A stretch of DNA of 57,294 bases, filler included, from Dugesia japonica (lineage: Eukaryota): assembly GCA_001938525.1 (NCBI GenBank). It is 4 parts of 4 records of this genome, joined end to end, with 100 filler letters (N's around TTAATTAATTAA, not from the genome) between each part and the next. Parts side by side here need not be neighbours in the genome. Positions count along the whole stretch, not along the records: positions 34,192 to 57,294 come from MQRL01633005.1; 3 more parts are not named here. One strand, 5' to 3'. Shown piece by piece: positions 35,586 through 50,350 of this stretch (position 1 is the stretch's first letter; each line of letters begins with the position of its first letter). Made by a program: the position numbers and the translations under genes. The notes beneath the pieces were generated by a model that was given only the letters and a program-made list of their open reading frames with translations, had not been told where the DNA came from and searched no databases.

Positions 35586-38407
35586 TATATAATATATATA
35601 ATACATATCTATATATATATATATATATATATATAATACGCATACTGAACCTTTTAAAGTATATTAATTACAAACAATAAACCAAATAGGTTAGTTTTTT
35701 AAAATTCCTTTGTTCTTCTTTATGTGATTTTCTCGTAAACCATACATTTCTTTGATAAAGATTCTTTAGACAACGTATAGGTAGTTTTATAATTGCTTAT
35801 TCAATAGTATCAAATTGAGATCTAGATAATAAAAGTCAGTCTACTTTCATCTTTTAAATTTTAAAATATCAAATCCTCTATCGCCACTAATGCGTCAGAT
35901 TGATATTCCGAGATAGAAGTTATGTTCATTTAGCAATTTCGAGTCTAATCATATCAATTCTGTCATTTTAAGTGGTGTCATGCTGAAATGTCTCACTACT
36001 CTACTGTCTATCATTTGTTTTTGACTATATGTTCTTTAGATTATGTATGGATGGTTTTCGATATTCATAACGATAATAATGGTTTCAACGCAAAAACTTT
36101 GAATCTCCCACTGTAGAGCCGAATGTTTTGTTTTATCGATATATTCTTTAGAAAATCATTTGTATTTAAAATTTTATAAGTGAGATTTGTTACAGATCTT
36201 TAGGATGGACGTGGAATTACGACTGATTTTTACACTAAAAAGTTAGAAAAAATGTATCGTATTCTGTCAAACGCTAAGTTTCTATAGTCAACCGTGATAA
36301 GTACTTCAGCAACAAGACAACGCACAACAACATATCACTCGTACCACTCATCAGAAAGTTGAAGACCTAATTGGCGCTAAATGGATACTTTATCCAGCCT
36401 ACAAAACGTATAGTATATAGTATAATTACAGTATAATAATAATAGTATAATAATATAATTATATAGGATTATAATTATAGTATAATTACTATATGTCTAG
36501 GTTTATGGTGCATTTCTTTCCAGTTTGTCAGTTCAATAATACCCATCAGGTTGAAACTAGGGTTTCAGACTTTTTGGCTTCTAAGGAACCCGTATATAAT
36601 CTCCATGGAATTTTAGAATTGACTGAAATATAGAAAAATTCCATGTACCATTGTATTTTGAATACTAATTAATTTTGCATTTTTTATACGATTTTATTTT
36701 AATTTTGTTAAGAAAGTGTCCATGAAATTTATTTGTAATTAAATTAAATAAATTATTGAATTATTAAATTAAAATTCTTTTAAAATAATTTTATTTAATG
36801 TTTGTCAAAAACTAATTTAATAACAAATATTTNATTTCAAATATTATATATTACTGAAAAATTGAACTGATTATTTTGACATTCATGTACGATTTGAACT
36901 TACTCGATTTACCCAGTCTCAATAGATCTGATTTTATCAGACTTCTTTTATTTGTATAATTAATATTTTTAAAGATTATAATTTCATATCTGATTGAATA
37001 TTGTTAAATTCATTTTCATGGTTTCGTTTGTCTGATATAATTTATGAAAATTTATTAATAAAATTAAAATTTTAACTAAAGTTTGTAAAGAATTCATTAA
37101 AGTTGTAATATTGTAAAGTCAGCAAAATGGTTGGTTTTTGGTTTAGAATTTTCAGACTTTTATTGGTCGAAAATATGGGTATAAACATTTTCGATTTAGA
37201 ATCTGATTGGTCAAATATTTGCTCTGAAAAATCAAAATTTTGAATTGAAATTGTTACAGTCAATTTTTATTGTTTGATTTTAAATTTTGTATTGTTGAAA
37301 TCAGAATTAAATTCTCTATAAGGATGTCACGTTACTTTTGTCAAAACATTATTGGTTCTCTGTGAAAGGGTGTGCAGCACTAAATCCCTTTGAAATTTAT
37401 CAGTCAGTTATGATCGTATGAGTTTGAATTTGGTATCATTGGACTAAGAATCAAACATTACCTAGACATATATAATTAATTATAAATTATAATTAAAATA
37501 ATAATAATTCCTAAAATACTTTCATACTATTCAAATCAAAATTAAAATTAGGAATAAAAATTGCTTGGTTCTAATACTTTGAATATGCTTTTGTTTAAAA
37601 ATTTTATGTTATTTAAAATTTTACAAGCTAATTTTAATTCATAATTTTTAAGATAAAATTTTAATTTGATTTTAGAATATAAATTTATATTTACTTTTAA
37701 AATAACAGTTAAACGATTTACCAATTATTGAAAATTTATTTTGACTGATAAAATTTAAAATAATAAAATTACATTGATAAAAATTGAAAGAATATTAAAA
37801 TATCACTATTTGTAACGAAAACACACAAAATTCAAATTTAAAAAAAGTTTACAAAATTAAAACATCAAATGAAAATATGATTTATAAAATAGAAACCCAC
37901 AATAAATAAAAATATTGTTAATATAAAAAACACGCAAATTTAAATTATAAGATTTATTTCAAATCATTATATCTTTCGTTGATCATACTAGATATGGATT
38001 AACAGTGTAAAATTAAATACTAAAATTTTCTTTAATTTACTGATTCGATCAGGTATTGTCATAAAATACTACATGTTATATAATATGTGCAATATAATTC
38101 ATTTATATACTCTATTCATTAGCTTTAATGCATCACATGAGCTTACTGTGTCACATTGTCTTTACTGTTTACAGTTGCTTACTCTACACATTGGCTTTTT
38201 GTAAGTATTTCCTTACTATATTCATTGGTATTACTGTGTCACTTTAATTTTACTATGATACTTTTTATTATAGTGCCCATTATCTTATTGGTTTCTACTG
38301 TGCATATACAACCACTGCATTCTGTGAAACAAAAACAACAAAGTGTATCTTTACAGAATACTATAAATATATTAAACTTATTATATTACATGAATTTTTG
38401 TAAGATT

Positions 38408-40235
38408 AATATTAATATTAGATTTTCCCTGGACAATATTAATATTATTATTAGATTCTCACCCAGACAATATTAATATTAACATGAGATTCTCCACGAT
38501 GTTAATATCTCCCGGGATCCGATATGAAAAGTTAAAAGCATGCAAAAGATAGATTAGATTTGTTATTTTAATAAATAATTAAATTTGTACATGTCTTTTA
38601 GTTATTACTAATGTATTTTTTTATTTTTGTCTTATTAATTTTATATATAAAACAAGTAATAGTACAAAAACAATGAAAAACCAGATTTATTAACAAAGAT
38701 TTATTTAATAAATTGTTTGATAATTTTCTGAGTATTATTAGTTGAGAACATGTGCCAGAATACAATCAATTGATTGGCTCATCAAAGTATATATGCCCAT
38801 AACTCTGGCATGTCCAACACTGTGATTCTATTCTTTTTTTAACTCTATCAATATTTTGCCTCTTTTCTCCGAAACGTTCTCCACGTGTTACACCATTGCA
38901 ACTCTTTACTGCAATAATAGGTTCTCTTCTTTCTATTTTTTCAACTAATGATAAAGTTTCTTTTATTTCCACTACTTTCTCTTATTTTCACATGATAATC
39001 TCTTCTTCTGCTTTTTTACTATTTGCACAAATTATCAGCATTTTTGATAATAGTTTTTCTTTCGTCAATTCTCTATTTGCTAAAAATTTATCGACTAAAT
39101 CTTCCACTTTTTTAAAATACACCTCAAGTTCTTCATCACCACGTTGATAGCTNACAAGATTCTGTAAATCTTTTATTATGTCTCTCTTGCTCTCAAAAGC
39201 TAATCATAATCTCTCTCGATATCCATCAGTTTTCTTCAATGTCTTTACACATGCTTTAATTAAATTTTCATGAAGCATACGCCTTACCCAACGTTCCTGA
39301 TCTTTCTTAACGATGATCTTAGCCTCAAAGTATATTTCACACCGTTTGATAAACTTTTCTAGCTCTTCGCCTCTGCAAAATACTTTTAGCAAACAATCTT
39401 TCTGTAATTGCATCGGTGTTTATCGCTGCCACCATGTTAGTTGAGTTCTGAAAATTCATCGTATCATCAATATCAAAATTCAAATTCATTACAACACTTT
39501 ATTTAAACCAAAATTTTAACCAACAATATTTGCTAAACAAACAAATCAAAATCCCGTGTTTCATTGGTGATCATTTTTCAAAATCTAAAACTGTAATTTA
39601 TTTATTTAAAATTTAATTTAATTTATTTCAAACATTTTATTTATTTATGTAAAATTTAAAGCAATTTCTTTCACCTTAAAAATTTACTTTATTATCCAAT
39701 CACCATTTTTGAATTTTTTAAATGGAAACTTAATTTATTTAATCTAATTTTAATTCAAAAAAATATCTGATTCTGTATACTGGGTTCCTGAGATATATTG
39801 GTATCGTGTTAAAATGGATACCAGTGTTGACATAAAAGAAACCATCAAAATATACTTTGAGGAACCAATCAGTTGCTTGTATTCTTGCACATGTTCTCAA
39901 CTAATAATACTCAGAAAATTATCAAACAATTTATTAAATAAATCTTTGTTAATAAATCTGGTTTTTCATTGTTTTTGTACTATTACTTGTTTTATATATA
40001 AAATTAATAAGACAAAAATAAAAAAATACATTAGTAATAACTAAAAGACATGTACAAATTTAATTATTTATTAAAATAACAAATCTAATCTATCTTTTGC
40101 ATGCTTTTAACTTTTCATATCGGATCCCGGGAGATATTAACATCGTGGAGAATCTCATGATAATATTAATATTGTCTGGGTGAGAATCTAATAATAATAT
40201 TAATATTGTCGGGTGGAAAATCTAATATTAATATT
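38408..40235. repeat. ~385-bp near-identical inverted repeat pair (38408-38792 / 39850-40235)
   Basis: Direct reverse-complement reading of both arms. Confidence 0.92.
38797..39489 (-). pseudogene. Gypsy family-A-like gag fragment (copy 3)
   Basis: VFCRGEELEKFIKRCEIYFEAK..CWTCQSYGHI. Confidence 0.85.
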
Positions 40236-41039
40236 GTCCGGAGGAGAATCTAACGTTAACATTAATATTGTCTCGGGAGCATTAAATATTTTATGTCAAT
40301 ATTCTTTGGAGAAAATTAATTTGAATATTGCCCGGCGCAGCTAATATTAATAAAAATATTGCCCAGCACCACTAATACTAATATTACCGATGTGGGTCTA
40401 AGACATTGAAATTAAAATATTTATTAACATAACAAATCTACTCTATCTTTTGCATGCTTTTAATTTTCCATATAAAACCCTTTATATTTTAACATTAACA
40501 TTAATATTGCCCGGTGGAGTATCAATGTTAACATTAATATTGTTCAAGGGAGAATTTAATGTTAATATTATGTATGTTAATATTATGCAAAAAAATAAAA
40601 TAAATTCATTAAAAATACTTTGCACACACTAAAAATACGAGCAAGTGTTACGTAATCAAATCGTTCCCGCTAAATACATGTAAAAATCTTAAGACGCAAA
40701 TACGTAATCACGTGCACACATCTTATCTCTTTTAATCGTACCGCTAAATACACATAAAATTCATACACCATTATTGCGTATACACATACACACATATTAT
40801 CTAAATACATGTAAATTCTTTCACCGCAAAAAATATTCTATCCCTAGGGGGGTTGCGTCAATGCTGACCTATCTACTTACTCACCAAATATCAATATATT
40901 CGATAAATTATTGTAAACAGCTAACATATTTACTCTCTCTAGATTCGATGTATTACAATTTTTTTACAAGGTTTTATTTACTGAAAGATTATGTAATGGA
41001 TAGACACCTAGCTATGATGGTTCAAGCCACTTTGACTCA

Positions 41040-42430
41040 ATCCAATTTGTCTGAATAAAATTAATAAACTAAAACCATTAATGCAATAAAACTTAATTCA
41101 TTAAATGTATCAATTATACAAAATGTAGTTTAAACTAATAATGTTTCGTTGGAATTAATTTTAATTTTTTTTTCAAATATTCCATAAATTATAACATATA
41201 TTGGTGCAGTTAAAGGCTTTGCAAACTTTATATCTAATCTTTATGTCTATCTTTAAATATTGTCTTCATTGATAATTCAATTTCATAAGTCATAGCTCTC
41301 GCAAATCTAGTAAATACATCATCACATTTGAAACAATACTCATAACATTTAATAAATTCTCAAATAAAGTATCATCTCAATCAAATCTATTTGCCACAAA
41401 TCATCAATACTAAAAATCGTATAGAGTCTTGTTGGAAATATTTTCAACATTGGCTTGTTCAGACAGTACGCTAACGGGTTCATTTTTACGCGTTTTTGTC
41501 TCACTTTTCAAATTATGTGCTGCTTTCACAGGTTTCTAATCATTTGAACCCTTCTGGAGTTTTAAAGTCTGTTCATATAGTTTCGATTTTGTCTATTACA
41601 ATAATTTGATACAAATATGAAATTAATTTGTGACTATTAGATAAGTCCTTTAAAGATAAATTATTTTCTAAATCACAACTATTTATTTAATATATGTTCT
41701 AACTTTATTTCATAATTTATAGCTAAATATATTTAATTAAATAAAATCGAATAGAAACAACACAATTAATTAAAATAATTTTAATCAATCTACATAGGTT
41801 AAAATTCTTCCAAATTCTTTCATTATAGTAACAATGATTCTAAATTACTTAATTTTTATGTAAAATATGTTAGTCCTAATGCTAGTAATGCGATTGATCG
41901 AAGCAGCAATAAATCAATCTTTTTATTAATATTTTATTTTTAATGTCTCCTATCTTAATATTTACAAGTGAAAGCAACGACCTCTTATGAAATTGTAATA
42001 CAAACTTTCTCTTTTTGCATGAAATGACATTATCACGGACAAAATTTACAATAATGTCTAATAAATCATCAATAAAAATTTTTGAAATACCTGAAACATT
42101 TTCATTGTTTACTCTTTTGGAGCCTTAAGCAGTACATTAAAAAAATGGAAACTTTTTAAAAATAATTTTTATTTTTATATTTTAAAAACATACGAGTTGT
42201 TTGCTTATAACTTTATCCTTTTCCCATTTACATTTGAATGTTTCTTGCCAAAGCTTTCTGGTAGTTTTTTGAACTCATTAAACTGTTTCTTCTTGTATGG
42301 TTGGTTTATTGTTTGCTTTTGAATGCTTTTATTTATCTTGTGTTTCTAATTTTGTAAATCGTTCTGCTAGTTTTTTTGTAATGTGTTTGTTAGTTTTTCG
42401 ATGTAAATTTAAATATTTTAAGTCTTATCT
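41040..42430 (-). pseudogene. Highly decayed Polinton integrase region
   Basis: AYCLNKPMLKIFPTRLYTIFSIDDLWQIDL (~41380-41475). 42090-42260 resembles 30050-30200. Confidence 0.7.
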
Positions 42431-43248
42431 GTGTAAGGAGCTTTAAATTTTAAATGGTGAATAGTTTGTAAAATTTTTAACTATTTGTAAAAGTAAATCT
42501 TTACTCTAAATTTTACTCTAAAAATCATGAATTCAAATTATACATGAAATTTTAAACTTAAAATTAACACGTGAAATTTATTCAAGATACATAATGAAAT
42601 AAAATTTTGAGAACGAAGCATTTTTCTATACTAGTACTTTAGACAATGTATAAGTAATTTTTTATTCTGATTTTAATGTTACCCAATTTGAAGCCATATG
42701 ATTATGTTTGTAATAGAAAATTCTAAACCAAGTTCAAGGTGATCCAGTACGCACTTACCTTTATCTTGAGAAAGAAGCATATTTATATAGCAAATTTTAT
42801 GCAATATATAATCAATTTTTAATTTTAAGTCTAATGACACTAAATTTATCATAATACGATACTTTTTGACCGAAATATTAAATATCAAAATTTTAAATTC
42901 AAACTGTCCAACTCGAATTTCATAGGGAAGAAGCATTTTTCTATACTTTTCATTTATACAATCCTATTCTACTTTTTAATTTCCTTTTCAAAGATGTGTG
43001 TTTTGATTTGAAATTTTCTAGGTCATAATGGAAGAGGTCTGAGTCAACGAGAATGCAGCATTTTTAGATAGTTGTCTTTTAGATAATGTATTAACAGTTT
43101 TTTTTATTTCTAGTTGAATGATACCAAAATATTTTAAAAATTATTATTTATAGTTTTAATCTATAATTAAAAATGTAATTATATATTTTTTCCAGAAAGA
43201 AAATGATTCAGTTTTTAAATATTTTCCATGATTTTTTATGGTTGAAAG

Positions 43249-43989
43249 CACGAGTTCCCAACCTGGGGTGCGAAAAAAAATTAAAAATAAGAAATTTTAA
43301 AAAAATATTTTAATGAAATTATGTAACAATCCATTGATAATTTTTAAAATAATTTTGAAAAGAAACTGAAATTTCATTATGTTATTAAATAAATAAATAA
43401 ATATTTCATTTTTGGAGAGTAAAAATCTTCAGAAGAATGGATTATAAACCATTTTTTGTACAATTTGGAAAGAATTTCAGATGATGACCATATAAAAGAT
43501 GAACTAATTTATTAAAGGGCTAATCGTAATCTCAAAAATAAAATTCAAAAATTAAACTGTTGAAGAGTTCTGGTGTTCATCTTTAAATTTGTACCCAAAA
43601 GATTGGGAAGAAATCACTATCTCACCTTTTCCATTCACCTTCCATTTGTCACAACTTACTTGTGCAAATCTTGATTTAGTTCCCTTCTATCAGAAAAGGC
43701 TAAGCATAGAAATCGCTTGAATCCACATTCAGATCTGTGAATTGCAATTAGCAAAAAAAATCCACAATTCAAAAAATTAATAAACTTAAAACAAGAACAA
43801 AAAAGTCATTAAATATAATTTCATAATATGTTTAATAAAATTTTTAATAATTTTGTTTGATTTGCAATTTTTTAACCTATTAACTATCTTTTAGCATAAA
43901 ATGCATACCATGAAATAATATTTTTTAATGGAGGTGGTTAAATAATACTTTTTAGGGGTGCGAAATACAAAAAAGGTTGGGGACTTCTG
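43249..43989 (+). mobile_element. hAT Buster-family deletion derivative
   Basis: TIRs CACGAGTTCCCAACCT / AGGTTGGGGACTTCTG, 8-bp flanks gttgaaag / atttaaag, C-terminal remnant EEFW..PFVTTYLC..HRNRL..KQEQKSH*. Confidence 0.9.
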
Positions 43990-45987
43990 ATTTAAAGGAT
44001 TTTTCATGATTTTAAGAGATTTCTAGTATTTTCTATGAAGATTTATGAATTATATTAATACTTTTGAAATGTAATTTTTTTGTTTCAAGTATACATATTT
44101 ATTAGTGTATATCTATTGAAATTGTATGTAAAATAACGAAATTGATAAAGTACTTATTGAAATTAATGTATGCATTATTGCACATAATGCATATTTTATT
44201 GCTAATGGCACAAATCCTAATAAAACATATGCATGACTTATTCGATTTATTTATGTCTTCAAGAAACCATAAAAACCATAGAAAACAATGAAAAACGCTA
44301 AAAAACATAGAAAATCATGAAAAATCCTTGAAACTGAATAATGGTTTTTGTAACCATTTACTATTATTGAAATCTTTTCAACACTATAAAAACAATATAA
44401 TATCTTTATAAAACCATAAAATACATTTATACAAGTCTATTTAACCCTTTAAACCTAGAAGATCTTTTTTGAATATGAAAAGAAAGATGCAAATGCATTG
44501 AAACAAAAACAAAGAAAAGAGAAGAAACAATTAATAGAATCAAGATTGTAGGTAGCCAGTCCGGTGCAAGCAGCAACTGCACCCACGAAGTCAGTTTAAG
44601 GTTGGCATGGACATGTTAAGCTGTGTTGTATTGTTTAAATAAATGTTATATTTTGACTTCTTTTTTAATTTCTTTTTAAAATTAACCTCAATTTCCATAG
44701 GGAAGGAAACATTTTACGAAAAAATTAACTTTTAATTCTGAATCAAATGTTATATTTCCAAACGATGTGACTAAAATTGACGGATTTAAAGACATTTTTA
44801 AATTTTGCATTTGACCTTTCAAATCGTTAATAATTCATTTTATATGTAATTTTGTAGAAATGAATTTTTTGACAACGTTGGGTGTTCCGATGCGCACGAA
44901 CATTTTAAACGACAACTAAACATATTACGACAGTTTGCAAGTCCTATTTCAGAAATACCATATTTTCTTCAAAAATACTGAAAATGTTTGCTTGTACAGA
45001 GATTTTGAGGTTTTTGTGAATATTGGTCCACGGATTCAAAAAGTTAAAATAATACCAAAATGTACAGTTTAATTTGCCACGTGTATGGATGCCATATTTG
45101 ATCCTATTGGCTTTTTAAAACGTTTATAAGCATTTTTTACTATTAAAACAAGAAAATCTTATCTATAATTAATTTAAAGCTGTAAATTGATTTAAATTTG
45201 AAAAAAATAATTAAACTATTAATAAATGATAGTTAATAATAATTAATGAGTTGCATTGGTATTTTGTTTCCAATAGTGTTTTAAAAGTACCCTAATTTCA
45301 AATTTATCCATATTTCAAATAAACAATAATTTGCAATAATTTATAGATATGAATTTACCATCTGATAAAGGATTTAAATTTCTTCAAAATGATATATAAT
45401 TATATTGATTCAAATATTTAAATCAATTACAAAAATTACTTGGAAATAATAAAACAAAAATACGAAAAGACTTATGGGACCCCCTAATAAAAATTAATTA
45501 TTAATAATGAATTGCTTAGTATTAAAACGCAAGTATTAATAACCCCAGCAAATATGAGGAGGCAATATAATGAAAGTAGTGATCAAAAAAGATTAAGCAA
45601 AATAAAATGAATTATTTTATTGTAATATACTTTATAATATTAGAATAAAAATATCTAATTAAAATTAATAATTTGGAAATGTAGTATTCAAATACAATAC
45701 TTTATTATTAATATATATTAGATTAAATATAAAGCAAATAACTGAAGTCAGATCCTATAAACTCAATTTTAGAATTCAAATTCCATTAAATTCACGAGGG
45801 GATTTAAGAAGAAACCCACATAAATAGAAACACGATTTTTATGATAAATATTTCGCTTTCATTTGATTTTTTTGTATAATAATAGTTATTTATTTATTAT
45901 TATAATTAATATTATTATTATTTTGGTTATTATTATTAATAAAAATATTATTATATTATTATTAGACATTATATAAAAAAATAACAC

Positions 45988-45994
45988 TAATAAC

Positions 45995-46054
<60 letters not shown>

Positions 46055-46147
46055 NNNNNNNNNNNNNNNNNNNNNNNNNNNNNNNNNNNNNNNNNNNNNN
46101 NNNNNNNNNNNNNNNNNNNNNNNNNNNNNNNNNNNAATAATAATAAT
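45988..46147. repeat. (AAT)n microsatellite
   Basis: Direct read. Confidence 0.95.
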
Positions 46148-48277
46148 GTTGGGCTGAAACAGCTAATTTAGAAAACAATTTTGAGTAAAACTGAGAAAAT
46201 TAGAGATAAAGAACCCTGAATGCGTTAGAAAAGGATATTAAAATTGGAAATAAAAAGAATTGAAATAGGATAGAAATAAACATTAATAAATCATTAATGT
46301 ATTAATTGGTAAATAATAAAAAGAAATATTATTAAACGAACTTACAAATTGAAACCGAAATTAGAACACGAGAAGTGATATAATAATTCCGAATAAAACA
46401 AAGGCTCATTCATGGAATAAAGTTGTAATTAGAACAACGATGCTCTAAGAAATACTTATTAAAACCAATAAACAATTAAATAAAATGATTGTAAGAGATG
46501 TTAATTCGATAATTATCAGAAAATGAAGAAGTGATTAAAAGTTAGAAGAACCAAATAAATTAAAGACGAACAAATTGTTAAATTAAAATGATATTAGAAG
46601 AATTAAATAAAGTAAAGATGAACGAATGGTTAAATTAAAATAATAATTGAAGAATCAAGTAAATTGAAGACGAACAAATTGCTAAAATAAACTGTCAAAG
46701 AAAGGTGAATAAATCTTTATGTTCAAGAAAATAATATAAATTGAATTAAATCTCAAAAACCATTGCAATAAAAGTCAGAAATAAGAAAGTTTAAATTAAA
46801 TAATAATTTATCGAAATGAAGAATTGAATGAAATGTCAAATGAAAAAGAATATATATTATTCACAATTCATATAATTGCTATACCAGTGTAAATATAAAG
46901 AAATAATTATTATAATATAATATAATAATTAAGTTAAGAAAGTATAGTTAAAACAAAAGTATTTTTATTAAAAGATTTTATTAAAATTGAACGGAAAATG
47001 TAGAAAAGAGATATGTAATAAATTAGTATCATTATTATAATTAAAAATGTTAATAAAATTATTATAATATAAGTAGAAAAAATCATATTAGTAAAATAAA
47101 GTATTAAATATTTAAAATGTAAAAATATTATTACCTTGTAATTATTAATTTTATTGTTATTAGTTAAATATTATTATTTGTAAAGAAGAGATCGGAATTT
47201 TGTGAAGAAAGTGATATATAGTGAAAAGGATTAAAAATTAAACTGGAATTAAATATTTCTAGTGAATTATTTATATTTATTTATGGAAATATTGATAATT
47301 ATATCGGAAAAACAGAGTTTCCAAAATTATTAGTTTAAGCGATAAATATTATTAAATTTATTAAAATAAGTAGAGTTTGGTAATAGAAATTATATGTAAA
47401 GAAATAGAAAGAAATTTAAATTAAAATTAAATAATAATATTAAGTTATTTATAAAGGATCATATAATTATGCATATTTATAAGCAGAATGCAAAGATTAC
47501 AAAAATTATTATTATTATCAATAAATATTATTTTTGATTCGTGTAGTGCACGTTTGAGCTATCAAGTAATTTTTGACATTTACAATTGTCTATGAAATGA
47601 AAATTATGTGTCCGGTGAGCACCGGGTGAAAATAAAATTGTATACAAAAGAGCGAGCATCAAATGAAAAAATAATAATGACTAAATATAGTCATTTATGT
47701 AGAATCTGATGGTAAGCACCGCACGATTCAGTATATATTGAAGTGAACACCTACCCAGCTGTCAAAAAGTGACGATAAAAAATTAGTATAAAAGCATTGT
47801 GAAAATTACAATAGTAGCAATCTTTTAAAAATTGTAACTCTTGCTAATTTATAGTTAAAAAATATCAAGTAGTATTTACGACAACTTATCAGAAAACGGA
47901 AAGTAATTTTGCTTTTCTTTATTAAAATTTTATGATCGTAAGACTGGGACGATGTTTATCGTTGACTAACAACGCTAGGAACGATGGGCATCATTGCTCA
48001 GAGATCCGAATAATGCGAAATCTACCATTGATTATGACTATGTTACGTGAGTTATGAAAGATGTTAATGAATAAAAGATGATATTATGTTAGCAAGGTCC
48101 ATAGATGTTAGGAGAGTTGTTGTTGATAGTATGAAAGAGATGTTGATGGTTAATACGGAAGGAATGTTGGTCAGTGAGAATAATTGTTGGAGAGATGCAG
48201 TGTTCATGATAATGATGTTGACAATGGTTAATAGAGATGTGAGGATGGATAATGTTGCTGGTCGATAATGAGAGATG

Positions 48278-49147
48278 CGATTTAAAATGAAGCCCTGCCT
48301 TTCTGGTACTGTCTTTCGGAATCACTTTCATATACTTCCGCATTAAATTTTCATTCTCAATCGCATGTATTTGAATATATTTGTTTCTTGGTCTTCAGGA
48401 AGTCATAAAGTTTTCAATTTTTTTTCTTTTCATTTTCAGATTTGTGTATCACTCTTTTATTTTTTATCTACCCTTTCCAAATATATTACACCTCACTTCT
48501 TGACATAACCTTCTCAAATGACCAATTTTTACACAACCAAAGCATTTTATTGGTTTTGTATCTGGAAACTTTTGCATAACTTCTAACTGCATTGACTTGA
48601 TCTCTACTCGATCGAATATCATCGTTGTTTCTTCAAATAGTTCTATATTCTGTCGTTTCCACAAAGTCACCTCTTCTTCAACTTTTTTGTTATCTGAATA
48701 ATATACTAGCATCTTAGCTACCATTTTATCCTCTGTAAAATCTTTTTTTAAAAATAATCTTTTCACTAAATTCTTTTCATTTTTAAAATAATCTTGAATC
48801 TTTTCATTTGAACGACTGTAGTTTATCAAATTTTAAAAATCTTTGATAACATCTTTCTCTTTCTCAAATGCCATGCGTAAATGTGACAGAAATCATTCCA
48901 CTTTTTTCAACATTCTTACATATTCTTCCAACAAATTATAATCTAACAAACAAGACACTAATCTCTTCTGCTGTTTCACCTGGGTGATGTTTTTAGCTTT
49001 AAAATACAATTCGCACCGCTTGATGAATTTCTCAATATCATTTTCTCTGCAGAAAAAATTCTGTAATAGAATCATTATTTACCACTGCCATCATATTAGG
49101 TAAATCTTCAATTGATAATTGGTTTTTCAACTAATATTTTTAGACAC
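48278..49147 (-). pseudogene. Gypsy family-A gag (copy 4)
   Basis: FCRENDIEKFIKRCELYFKAK..CFGCVKIGHLRRLCQEVRC. Confidence 0.9.
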
Positions 49148-50160
49148 AATTTATTTCACAACTAAAACAGATATTTGATAAGATAATTTTAAGTGATTAG
49201 AATTAATTAAATATTAATATTCAATTAAATCACTTTCTATGGGCTGGAAGTTTTAAATAATAATTATTCCCTTAAATAAGTTGTCAATTTTAACTCTTTA
49301 TTGATACAAATATGATTAAAATTACAATTATGCGTTAATGCTATCTCTGCTCATATTATTATTGTCGTTAGCATTTGGATGGTCCTTTTCTGGTCAATTT
49401 TAATATCAAGTATATTTGATTCCTCGATACTATATTGTCATCAAGAATCGTTACATTACTATTATTTTATTATCATGATTACTATATCCATAGGACTTTC
49501 ATCCTAATTTATTAAAATCTTCGTTAGATTCCAATGCAACATATTTCATTATCGAATGACGAAATTCAGATTAAAAATAAATTAATCTGATACATTTAGA
49601 CATGGACGAGAACGCCCCTCAAATCTGTCGAAACTTCAAATTTTGCACAAACCTGCCAATCTCTACAGGAAAAGATAGCCATATTGGTTGGGAGATGTCA
49701 CATCTGAGTTAGCAAAATATCGAATATACTTCGGAGAGACGAGTTTCAAGGTATGAAAATTTGGTAATTAAAATCGGATGTTGAATGGCTCCGACAGGAA
49801 AATACAGGCTTATGGAGACTACAATTGTATCTTCCCTCCACATCAACAGCAATCCCTCCACCGAAGCAGATCCGAAAGATCAAAATTGACCTGTGTAAAG
49901 AAAATAAGTGACATAGTTGACAATGATTTGTATATTTAATTAAAATATGAAAATTTTGCTCTTTGACATATTTTATCAATATGGCTTCTATCGCCGTTTT
50001 ATGGACCTGAATAACATGCAGATAGTGCGCTCAAGCACTCTTAACGTTGTCCAAGAGTCACCGTAGCTGCCATTAACTCAGCTACATGGCAGTTAAATTA
50101 AATCCTCGTTTCCGGGTTATGGAGTGATTTTTGAACGAGACATACCACTCATACCACCAC

Positions 50161-50162
<2 letters not shown>

Positions 50163-50229
<67 letters not shown>

Positions 50230-50290
50230 ATTANNNNNNNNNNNNNNNNNNNNNNNNNNNNNNNNNNNNNNNNNNNNNNNNNNNNNNNNN

Positions 50291-50348
<58 letters not shown>
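50163..50348. repeat. (ATT)n microsatellite
   Basis: Direct read. Confidence 0.97.

Positions 50349-50350
<2 letters not shown>

Noticed and set aside
35780-37470. GC-richer patches that could be exons or TE relics
   Set aside because: The frames I checked contain stops and no recognisable motif.
40135-40400. CRISPR-like repeat/spacer alternation
   Set aside because: Eukaryotic context, spacers too short and mutually similar, irregular period, no cas genes.
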